From contig CAZELU010000001.1 of NCBI GenBank assembly GCA_964513215.1, positions 27,773 through 91,772 on the forward strand: a DNA stretch of 64,000 nt, written 5' to 3'. Both the position numbers and the translations under genes were made by a program. The stretch comes from an uncultured Bifidobacterium sp. Its GTDB lineage: Bacteria; Actinomycetota; Acidimicrobiia; Acidimicrobiales; Ilumatobacteraceae. Within the stretch, counting starts at the first letter, position 1; every line of letters begins with the position of its first letter. The notes beneath the pieces were generated by a model. That model worked only from the letters and a program-made list of their open reading frames with translations, made no database searches and was not told the origin of the DNA. Below, in pieces: positions 10,493 through 18,319 of this stretch.

Positions 10493-11829
10493 CGGCTCAC
10501 TCCCATCAGGTCACGCACACAGCGGGTGAAGTCCTCACCACGCCGGGCGTATCCGTCGTACCAATCGAAACTCGTGCAACCAGGCGACAGCAGAACGGTG
10601 TCACCGGCTCGAGCGAGACGACGCGCGGTCTCGACCGCTTCGCTCATGGACGATGCATGCTCGACCGGACGGAGTCCCGCGAACACTGCGGCCACTTCGT
10701 CGGCGGCATCGCCGATCGCCACGACTGCGCGAATGCGTGCGCTCTCGTCGGCAAGGGGCGCCAGATCGAGACCCTTGTTGCGACCGCCAGCGATCAGGAC
10801 CACATTGCTGAATCCGCGCAGCGCCGTGCGCACGGCGTGAGGGGTGGTGGCCTTCGAGTCGTCGAACCACGAAATGTCGTCGTGCTGACCCACGAATTCG
10901 ATGCGGTGGTGCGGAGCCTCGAAATCTCCGAGCGCGGCTCCGATCGACCGCGCGTCGGCGAGTCCACTCTCGATCACGAGTGCCGAGGCGCACAACGCGT
11001 TGGTGACGTCGTGCGGGAGGGCGCGACGCATCGCACCAACGTGGCCGATCACACCAGATGGCCCCGTCAGCGCACCGTCGACCACCTTGTAGTCGGCCTG
11101 GTCGAGTCCGAACGTGACGCGCTTGCAGGCGGCGCGGGCCAGATGCCGCATCACGATCGGATCATCGACCCAACCGATGGCGGTGTCGGACGGGCGAACG
11201 TGAGCCCACAGACGGGCCTTGGCCGCCTCGTACGTCTTCATCGACTCGTGCCAGTCGAGATGATCGGGCGCCAAGTTCAACCAGGCGGCGGCATCGGCGC
11301 GGAAGGTCGTCGTGAACGCCAGTCGAAAGCTGGTGGCTTCGACGACGAAGCAGTCGACGTCCATCCCCAACGCCTCGACCATCGGCACTTCGGTGTTGCC
11401 GCAAGCAACCGTCGCCCGACCCGCGGCGTGAATCATCGCGGCGGCGAGCAACGTGGTGGTGGTCTTGCCATCGGTGCCGGTCACCGCGACGATCGGACGC
11501 GGACCTCCGACGCGGGCCGACTCCCAGTCGTAGGCCAGATCGAGCTCGGTGGCGACACGACGACCAATCCGCTGCGCGGCCCGCACCACCCGGTGGCTCT
11601 CGGGAACGCCGGGGGCCGGCACGACCACTGTGGACGCGGCGATCATCGCGTCGAGTTCGACATCGTCGGGAGTCGTGCGCAGTTCGATACCCATGGCGGC
11701 CAGCGCCGACGACTTAGCCGGCGTCGGCTGATCGTCGACCGCGACGACGTCGACGTTGCGGTCGACCAGAGCGCGAACGGTCGCCAAGCCAGCCACCGCG
11801 ACTCCGTACACCAAGGCGCGTTCGCTCAC
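10489..11829 (-). CDS. murD: UDP-N-acetylmuramoylalanine--D-glutamate ligase
   Basis: ORF 10489..12186 trimmed to GTG 11829, which forms a GTGA overlap with the mraY stop. Contains VYGVAVAGLATVRAL and the P-loop VAVTGTDGKTTTTLLAAAM. Confidence 0.9.
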   Translation of the reverse strand: MSERALVYGVAVAGLATVRALVDRNVDVVAVDDQPTPAKSSALAAMGIELRTTPDDVELDAMIAASTVVVPAPGVPESHRVVRAAQRIGRRVATELDLAYDWESARVGGPRPIVAVTGTDGKTTTTLLAAAMIHAAGRATVACGNTEVPMVEALGMDVDCFVVEATSFRLAFTTTFRADAAAWLNLAPDHLDWHESMKTYEAAKARLWAHVRPSDTAIGWVDDPIVMRHLARAACKRVTFGLDQADYKVVDGALTGPSGVIGHVGAMRRALPHDVTNALCASALVIESGLADARSIGAALGDFEAPHHRIEFVGQHDDISWFDDSKATTPHAVRTALRGFSNVVLIAGGRNKGLDLAPLADESARIRAVVAIGDAADEVAAVFAGLRPVEHASSMSEAVETARRLARAGDTVLLSPGCTSFDWYDGYARRGEDFTRCVRDLMGVSR

Positions 11830-12899
11830 CGCAAGAACCCCGAGTCGGTGATTCGCGTGAAGTCGCCGATGAACATGGCCAATGCGGCGGCGACACAAAT
11901 GCCACCGATGATCCAGAAGCGGATGATGACGGTGGTCTCGGGCCAGCCGATCAGTTCGAAGTGGTGATGGATCGGAGTCATGCGGAAGAAACGACGCTTG
12001 CGACCCGAGGCCTTGAAGATCGTCATCTGGATGGCAACCGAACCGGCTTCCATCACGTTCACTCCACAGATCAGCGGAAGCAGGAAGTGTGTGTTGGTGC
12101 CGACTGCGAGCAAACCGAGGGCAGCGCCGATGCCGAGAGCCCCCACGTCGCCCATGAAGATCCGCGCTGGTGCGGCGTTCCACCACAGGAATCCACCGCA
12201 GGCTCCGGCGAACCCAGCCGAGAGCACCGCGAGGTCGAGCGGATTCACGGTTCCGCCCGCGAGCACTCCGTACACCTCGGGATTACGGAACGACCAGTAG
12301 CCGATGATCGTGAACGCCAGGAATCCGAGGAGTGCCGAACCACCCGCGAGACCGTCGAGACCGTCGGTGACGTTGACCGCATTGGTGGTGGCCCACATCA
12401 TGAGGGCAGTCCACACGACCCAGAGCCACCACGGGATCTCCCAGCCGGGCCAGTCGAAGCGCGTGAACGAGACCGTTTCCGAGATGTTGGTTGCCGCCAC
12501 CAGCCACCACGTGATGCCGCACGCCATGGCGAAGGTGATGTAGCCCTTCTTCTTCCAGAAGATGCCGCGGTTGTGGCCCTTGTTGACCTTGATCACGTCA
12601 TCGAGCAGGCCCATACCCGCCATCACGATGATGCCGACCCACATGATCATCGCTTGATCGGAGAACGCCAGACCGTCGCGAATGTGAGCGACGAGCCAAC
12701 CGATGAACGCGGCTCCGACGATCGCCAGACCGCCCATGGTCGGAGTTCCCGACTTCTTCTTGTGATGTTCGGGTCCGTGGTCTTCCTTGCCGAGGATGGG
12801 TTGACCCTTGCCGCGATCGCGGAAGAAGGTGATGAGGAAGCGAGTCGCGAACAGCGACACGAACATGGCCGTGGCTCCGGCGATCATCACCGCGATCAT
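11826..12899 (-). CDS. mraY: Phospho-N-acetylmuramoyl-pentapeptide transferase
   Basis: ORF 11826..13397 trimmed to ATG 12899, which forms an ATGA overlap with the murE stop. Contains KKSGTPTMGGLAIV and NAVNVTDGLDGLAGG. Confidence 0.93.
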   Translation of the reverse strand: MIAVMIAGATAMFVSLFATRFLITFFRDRGKGQPILGKEDHGPEHHKKKSGTPTMGGLAIVGAAFIGWLVAHIRDGLAFSDQAMIMWVGIIVMAGMGLLDDVIKVNKGHNRGIFWKKKGYITFAMACGITWWLVAATNISETVSFTRFDWPGWEIPWWLWVVWTALMMWATTNAVNVTDGLDGLAGGSALLGFLAFTIIGYWSFRNPEVYGVLAGGTVNPLDLAVLSAGFAGACGGFLWWNAAPARIFMGDVGALGIGAALGLLAVGTNTHFLLPLICGVNVMEAGSVAIQMTIFKASGRKRRFFRMTPIHHHFELIGWPETTVIIRFWIIGGICVAAALAMFIGDFTRITDSGFLR

Positions 12900-14329
12900 G
12901 AACGGCCCTCCAGGAATTCGCGGGCCACGACCCGATCGTCGAAGGGAATCACCGTACTTCCGATGGTCTGGGTGATTTCGTGACCCTTGCCGGCGATCAC
13001 GACGACGTCGTGCGCGGAAGCCAGGCGGAGTGCACGACCGATCGCCTCGGCTCGCTCGGGGAAGATTCCGTGCAGGCGGTGACGAAGGTGATCGGGAATA
13101 CCTGCCGCGATCGAGTCGATGATCGCCCGCGGGTCTTCCGAGCGTGGATTGTCCGACGTGATGATCACGGAGTCGGCCAAGGAGACGGCGATTTCGCCCA
13201 TCATCGGCCGCTTGGCCTTGTCGCGATCGCCACCGCAACCGAAGACGAGGATGACCTTTCCGCCTTCGAGGTTCGCTTCGCGCACGGAGCGCAGAACTTC
13301 GGCGAGGCCATCGGGCGTGTGGGCGTAATCGACCAGAACCGTGAAGACCTGACCGGCTTCCACACTCTCGAATCGACCGGGCACCGTCGGCGCGCACGCC
13401 AGTCCGGCCACCACCGAGTCGGAGTCGAGCCCGGCCGCAACGGCCGCGGTGGCGGCCGCGAGCGAATTCATCACGTTGAACGATCCGCCGAGTGGCGCGG
13501 TCACCCGGCGGCCTCGCCAGGTGTACGAGTGAGAAACCGGACTGATCGTCACGTCGCTCACGTCGGCCCGCGAGTACGAGATGACGTCGACGTTCCGGTC
13601 CACCATGCGCGCCAGCTGCGCTCCGAAGGCATCGTCGACATTGATCACGGCCCGATCGCAGAATTCAGCGGTGAAGAGTCGGGCCTTGGCGGCTCCGTAC
13701 GACTCCATGTCGCCGTGGAAGTCGAGGTGGTCACGGCCGAGATTGGTGAAGACACCCACAGCGAACCGCGTGCCATCGACCCGGTGCAAGGCGAGTGAGT
13801 GCGACGACACCTCCATCGCCACCGCCCGTCCACCCTCGGCGAGGAATCCGGCCAGACGCTCCTGAAGCACGGGAGCCTCCGGCGTCGTGTACTGCCCCGA
13901 CAATGTTCCGAATACTTCGCTGGTCCAGCCGGCGGTGCGCATGATCGAACCCAGGAGTTGGGTGGTGGTCGTCTTGCCATTGGTTCCGGTCACGCCGATG
14001 ACACGCAACTGCTGCGACGGGTGACCGAAGAACTCGCACGACAATTGGGCGAGAGCGATACGAGAGTCCGCGACGTGGATCTGCGGGATCGACAGGCCCG
14101 GCACGGGTCGCTCGACGACGACTGCGATCGCGCCACGAGCCGCGGCATCGACCGCGAAGTCGTGCCCGTCGGATCGTTGTCCACGAACACAGCAGAAGAT
14201 CGACCCCGGAACCACGTCACGCGAGTCGTGAGTCACGCGGGCCACGACCGATGTCTGATCGAGCGAATGGCCGAGCACTCGGGCCAGGTCCGAGAGCGAG
14301 CGCGGGGTCGATACGGTCACGATCGACAC
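12896..14329 (-). CDS. murE: UDP-MurNAc-L-Ala-D-Glu--2,6-diaminopimelate ligase (MurE, not MurF)
   Basis: Motifs GVTGTNGKTTT, TTPEAP, MEVSSHSLALHRV, DYAHTPDGL, GCGGDRDKAKRP and TSDNPRSEDP. The DNPR motif is associated with meso-DAP specificity. GTG start at 14329. Confidence 0.9.
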   Translation of the reverse strand: MSIVTVSTPRSLSDLARVLGHSLDQTSVVARVTHDSRDVVPGSIFCCVRGQRSDGHDFAVDAAARGAIAVVVERPVPGLSIPQIHVADSRIALAQLSCEFFGHPSQQLRVIGVTGTNGKTTTTQLLGSIMRTAGWTSEVFGTLSGQYTTPEAPVLQERLAGFLAEGGRAVAMEVSSHSLALHRVDGTRFAVGVFTNLGRDHLDFHGDMESYGAAKARLFTAEFCDRAVINVDDAFGAQLARMVDRNVDVISYSRADVSDVTISPVSHSYTWRGRRVTAPLGGSFNVMNSLAAATAAVAAGLDSDSVVAGLACAPTVPGRFESVEAGQVFTVLVDYAHTPDGLAEVLRSVREANLEGGKVILVFGCGGDRDKAKRPMMGEIAVSLADSVIITSDNPRSEDPRAIIDSIAAGIPDHLRHRLHGIFPERAEAIGRALRLASAHDVVVIAGKGHEITQTIGSTVIPFDDRVVAREFLEGRS

Positions 14330-14330
14330 G

Positions 14331-16229
14331 TCACTTCACACAACCACGGTCGCCGTCACCCGGCTCGATCGAGAGTTCCTGGATGGCGACCTTGGCGAGC
14401 GCGGCGAACACCGGAGCGGCGGCAGTTCCACCGAAACGGTCACGGCTGCTCGGATTCGGTTCGTCGATCGAGACGAGAATGGTGACGCGAGGGTTATTCG
14501 CGGGAAGGTAGCCCACGAACGTCGCGAAGTAAGCGCGGGTGCCGTCCTCGGTGACGTAGGTGCCGTTGTCCTGCGTCTTGTACCCGGTGCCGGTCTTGCC
14601 AGCCACGGAGATGCCCGACACCTGCGCGCGTGTCGCAGTACCGAGACAGACGACATCGGTGAGGATTCCGGTCATCGTGCGGGCGGTCTGTTCGGAGACG
14701 ACTCGACGCGTTTCACCCAACGGCGACTCCCAGTACACCCCCTTGTCGTCGATGGTGGCGCGCACGAGTCGAGGCGCGACGAACACGCCGTTGTTGGCCA
14801 CCGCGTTCACGGCTGACACCAACTGCAGCGACGTCGATGCGAATCCGTAGCCGTAGGTGATCGTGGCTTTCTCCGAACCGCGCAGTTCGTCGGCGTCACG
14901 GAGCGATCCCGAACTCTCTCCGGGGTAGCCGAGGCCCGTGCTACGACCGAAGCCGAATGCTTGCAGGTAGTCGTGGAGGCCCTCCACACCGATCTCGGTG
15001 GCTGCCATCATCGTTCCGATGTTCGACGACTTGACGAGGATGTCGTGCAGCGTCATCGGCTCGAGGTCGTGCGGATAGGCGTCCTTGATCTTGTATTCGA
15101 ACTTCGTGCCCTCGTCGAACACGAACACACCAGGGACCTGATACACCGATGACGGTGTGGCCACGCCCTTGTCGAGCGTGGCCGCGACGCTGAAGATCTT
15201 GGCGACCGAACCGGGTTCGTGCGCTTCGACAGCAGCCAAGTTGCCCGATGAGATCTGGACCAGTCCGGCCTCGGTGCGTTCGGCGCTGGCGATGGAGAGA
15301 ACCTCACCGGTCGCGACGTCCATCACGATGGCGTGGCCACCCTTGGCCGAGAGTTCGCCAACTCGCTGCAGCAATGCCTGCTCGACCTGATACTGCATCG
15401 ATCGGTCGATGGTGAGCACGAGATCAGTTCCCGGGCGCGCCGACTCGATGACCTTCGAGCCGCCCGGCAGTGTGCGGCCAGCGTTGTTCACCTCGCGCAC
15501 GACGGTTCCTTCGACACCCCGAAGCACCTTGTCGTACTGCAGTTCGAGTCCGGCTGCACCGTCACCGAACGGATCGGTGCGACCGATCACGTTGCGCGCG
15601 AGACCGCCGGCCACTTGCACCCGCTTGGGTTCGGTCACGCCGTTCACACCGGCGAGATTGAGTGCGAGGATCGCCTCGGCCACCGAGTCGTCGACGAATC
15701 GCTGGACGTACACGAACGACTGCGAGCGATCGCTCAACTTCGAGGCCAGTTCGGCTTCACGCTCAACGTCGAACCCGAGCATCTGACCGAGCAGGTGCGC
15801 GGTCGCCTGAGCATCCACGACGGCTTTCGGATTGGCGTAGATCGACGTCGCCGGCACCGTGATGGCCATCTCGTTGCCGTCACGATCGAAGATCGTGCCG
15901 CGCGGAGCCGCCACTTTCAGATACGACTCGCGCTGCTGGACACCTTCGGCCCGAAGCGCCGAACCGTCCCACACCTGCACCCACACGAGACGGCCGATGG
16001 CCGCCGCGAAGAGCAACATGCCCACACCGAACGCGAAGCGGGCCCGGCCGCGCGACGGTCCCAGACTCCAGCGCGCGGCCGCCGACGACGTCGTTCGTGA
16101 TGACCGACTCTTCGGGGCTTTCTTGGGTGCGCTCTTGCTGGGTGCGCTTTTCTTGGGCGCACTCTTCGTGCGCGTCGCACTGGACCGAGTGGCGCGGGTC
16201 CGGGTCGAACTGCTGCGGCGTGTCGTCAC
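14331..16229 (-). CDS. ftsI: Class B penicillin-binding protein, divisome transpeptidase FtsI
   Basis: K/S/T-rich tail, a TM anchor, and transpeptidase motifs GSVAK (SxxK), KSSN and GKTGTG. Located between ftsL and murE. Confidence 0.9.
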   Translation of the reverse strand: MTTRRSSSTRTRATRSSATRTKSAPKKSAPSKSAPKKAPKSRSSRTTSSAAARWSLGPSRGRARFAFGVGMLLFAAAIGRLVWVQVWDGSALRAEGVQQRESYLKVAAPRGTIFDRDGNEMAITVPATSIYANPKAVVDAQATAHLLGQMLGFDVEREAELASKLSDRSQSFVYVQRFVDDSVAEAILALNLAGVNGVTEPKRVQVAGGLARNVIGRTDPFGDGAAGLELQYDKVLRGVEGTVVREVNNAGRTLPGGSKVIESARPGTDLVLTIDRSMQYQVEQALLQRVGELSAKGGHAIVMDVATGEVLSIASAERTEAGLVQISSGNLAAVEAHEPGSVAKIFSVAATLDKGVATPSSVYQVPGVFVFDEGTKFEYKIKDAYPHDLEPMTLHDILVKSSNIGTMMAATEIGVEGLHDYLQAFGFGRSTGLGYPGESSGSLRDADELRGSEKATITYGYGFASTSLQLVSAVNAVANNGVFVAPRLVRATIDDKGVYWESPLGETRRVVSEQTARTMTGILTDVVCLGTATRAQVSGISVAGKTGTGYKTQDNGTYVTEDGTRAYFATFVGYLPANNPRVTILVSIDEPNPSSRDRFGGTAAAPVFAALAKVAIQELSIEPGDGDRGCVK

Positions 16230-16798
16230 GGCTGACCTCCAACCGTGGCCTTGAACTCGCCGTAGGTCTCGAACGGATTCTCCGTCGCATCGAGCAGCTC
16301 GGCATCGACACCGCCAGTGGACACGAGAACCGCGGCCACCGTGTACGGATCGACCGATGTGAAGTCGGTACCGACCCCCGGCTGCATGCCGATGGCTCGC
16401 GCGTTGGCCACCAGACGAGCCGGCTCACGCAGTGACGAACGCTCGAGGCGCAGGGTGTTGTAGCGATCACGCTCAGCCGAGATCTGGCTCTCGATCTTGT
16501 CGATCTGCATCTGATTCTCGGCGATGCGCGTCTGGGCGATGACGATCATCATCATGATGCCGACGACCAGAATCACCACACCCGACGTCACGTACACCAA
16601 GCGCCGACTGCGACGGGTCAGATTGCGGTTGGAGACGGCCAGTGCCAGCTTCGAACGGGTCGGCTTCGAGCGCTGACGCGTGGCCGGTCGGGCCTGACGG
16701 TCGGCCGAGGTTCTCGTGGTCACGGTCTTCTTGGTCGGCTTCTTCGCCGGCCGATTGGCCGGCTTGACGGTCGAGCGCGCGACAGCGGTGCGAGCCAT
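16226..16798 (-). CDS. ftsL: FtsL-like septum formation protein (bitopic, coiled coil)
   Basis: ORF 16226..16945 trimmed to ATG 16798, which forms a TGATG overlap with the rsmH stop. It has a basic tail, the TM LVYVTSGVVILVVGIMMMIVIAQ, then the coiled coil RIAENQMQIDKIESQISAERDRYNTLRLE. The assignment is mostly positional. Confidence 0.65.
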   Translation of the reverse strand: MARTAVARSTVKPANRPAKKPTKKTVTTRTSADRQARPATRQRSKPTRSKLALAVSNRNLTRRSRRLVYVTSGVVILVVGIMMMIVIAQTRIAENQMQIDKIESQISAERDRYNTLRLERSSLREPARLVANARAIGMQPGVGTDFTSVDPYTVAAVLVSTGGVDAELLDATENPFETYGEFKATVGGQP

Positions 16799-17721
16799 CA
16801 GCGAACCTCCACCACGCGCAGACGGGCCGACGCACTGCGCGGATTGCGCTCGAGTTCGGCGGCCGACGGCTTCGACGCCACGCGCACCACATCGACCCTC
16901 GCCACCGCTCCGCACACGCACGGGAGAGTGGGGGGACACTGGCAACCACCGGTGCGGTGGAAGGCGAAGCGTTCCTTGACGATGCGATCCTCACCGGAGT
17001 GGTACGAGAGCACCGCGACGCGACCACCTTTGCCGGTCTTCTCGATTGCTGCATCGAGGGCGACCGGCAGAACGTCGAGTTCCTCGTTCACCGCGATGCG
17101 CAAGGCTTGGAACGTGCGCTTGGCCGGATGACCACCGCGACGACGAGCCGGAGCCGGGATCGCCGAAGCCACGATGGACGCGAGTTCGGCGGTGGTCGTG
17201 ATCGGGCGGTTCGCGCAGATGGCACGAGCGATCCGGCGGGCGAAACGCTCATCGCTGAATCGATGGATCAGATCGGCCAGTTCGTCCTCGGATGATTCGT
17301 TGACGATGTCGGAAGCCGAACGTCCGCGCGACGCATCCATGCGCATGTCGAGTGGCGCATCGTGGCGATACGAGAAGCCTCGCTCGGGGGCATCGAACTG
17401 ATGTGAAGAAACACCGAGATCGAACAGCGCACCCGACAGCTGCTCGATCCCGGTGTCCCCCATGGCATCGACAAGCCGATCGAATCGGCAGTGGCGAACG
17501 TGAGCGCGCGAACCGAAGCGCGCGAGACGAGTGCTGGCGGCCGCCAACGCGTCGGCGTCTTGATCGATTCCGAGAATCGACAGATCGCTACGCGAATCGA
17601 GAAGTGCTTCGCTGTGACCGGCACCGCCCAGTGTCGCGTCGAGAACGACTCCGCTCGGAACGGTGGAGAACACCGCGACGATCTCGTCACGCATCACCGG
17701 AACGTGAGTGAATCCGTTCAC
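16798..17721 (-). CDS. rsmH: 16S rRNA (cytosine1402-N4)-methyltransferase RsmH/MraW
   Basis: Motifs HVPVM, DATLGGAGHS and FDLGVSSHQFD. Confidence 0.93.
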   Translation of the reverse strand: MNGFTHVPVMRDEIVAVFSTVPSGVVLDATLGGAGHSEALLDSRSDLSILGIDQDADALAAASTRLARFGSRAHVRHCRFDRLVDAMGDTGIEQLSGALFDLGVSSHQFDAPERGFSYRHDAPLDMRMDASRGRSASDIVNESSEDELADLIHRFSDERFARRIARAICANRPITTTAELASIVASAIPAPARRRGGHPAKRTFQALRIAVNEELDVLPVALDAAIEKTGKGGRVAVLSYHSGEDRIVKERFAFHRTGGCQCPPTLPCVCGAVARVDVVRVASKPSAAELERNPRSASARLRVVEVR

Positions 17722-18140
17722 AGTTCGTCACCGGCGATCTTCTCGGTGCCCATCGCGAGCATGCGTTCGTAACGCTGTGTTTCCCAGATCTCCACTCGAT
17801 CGAACGCACCAGCGACCACGACCTTGCTGTTGGGAGTGAGACCCGCGTACGCGCGTAGCGATTCGTCGAGAGTGATGCGGCCCTGCGCGTCGAATGTGAC
17901 GTCCACCATGCTCGACGCAAGTGCGCGACGCTCTTGCTCGCTCTTCTCCCCGCGCTTCACCGCGGCGGTGATTTCGGTGGCGATGTTCTCGGACTCTTCG
18001 GCGGTGACGACCGCGATGCACTTGTCCTGGCCGAGCAGCAGGTAACAACGCGGCTCGAGGCGGTGGCGGAAGGTCGCCGGAAGCGCGAGCCGACCCTTGG
18101 GGTCGAGCTGCCGCTCATGACGTCCGACGAATACCTGCAC
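17718..18140 (-). CDS. mraZ: Transcriptional regulator MraZ
   Basis: Two SpoVT/AbrB-like halves (DPKGRLALPATFR and DAQGRITLDESLR). The preferred start is GTG 18140, preceded by GAGGGG, giving MQVFVGRHERQLD, which resembles the usual MF(L)G N-terminus. The ORF-track start at 18191 (also GTG) falls inside the upstream repeat array. Confidence 0.85.
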   Translation of the reverse strand: MQVFVGRHERQLDPKGRLALPATFRHRLEPRCYLLLGQDKCIAVVTAEESENIATEITAAVKRGEKSEQERRALASSMVDVTFDAQGRITLDESLRAYAGLTPNSKVVVAGAFDRVEIWETQRYERMLAMGTEKIAGDEL

Positions 18141-18187
18141 TACCTGCCCCTCGCTGCCTGCCTGTTCGAGTCCTCTGATCTTTGTCC

Positions 18188-18262
18188 CCACTACTCCCCT
18201 CTGTCAACCACTTTTCCCCTCTTATCGCCACTTTTTCCCCCACGGTCCCCACCGGACCCCAC
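18188..18262 (-). promoter_or_regulatory. GTGG(G) direct-repeat array in the mraZ/M23 divergent control region (candidate MraZ operator / dcw promoter)
   Basis: The minus strand reads GTGGGGTCCG GTGGGGACC GTGGGGGAAAAA GTGGCGATAAGAGGGGAAAA GTGGTTGACAGAGGGGAGTA GTGGGGACAAAG. Six GTGG cores are spaced 10, 9, 12, 20 and 20 nt apart, 48-122 nt upstream of mraZ GTG 18140. Confidence 0.45.
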
Positions 18263-18319
18263 AACGCTCGATTCGCCCCGGATGCTCAAGTTCTTGGGCC
18301 CGCTCGCCGATGACTGGGC

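Noticed and set aside
18202-18207. Perfect TTGACA (minus strand) inside the mraZ upstream repeat array, considered as a -35 box
   Set aside because: No acceptable TANNNT -10 hexamer lies 16-18 nt downstream; the best candidates are AAAGAT and ACAAAG. A promoter call is therefore unsupported without TSS data.
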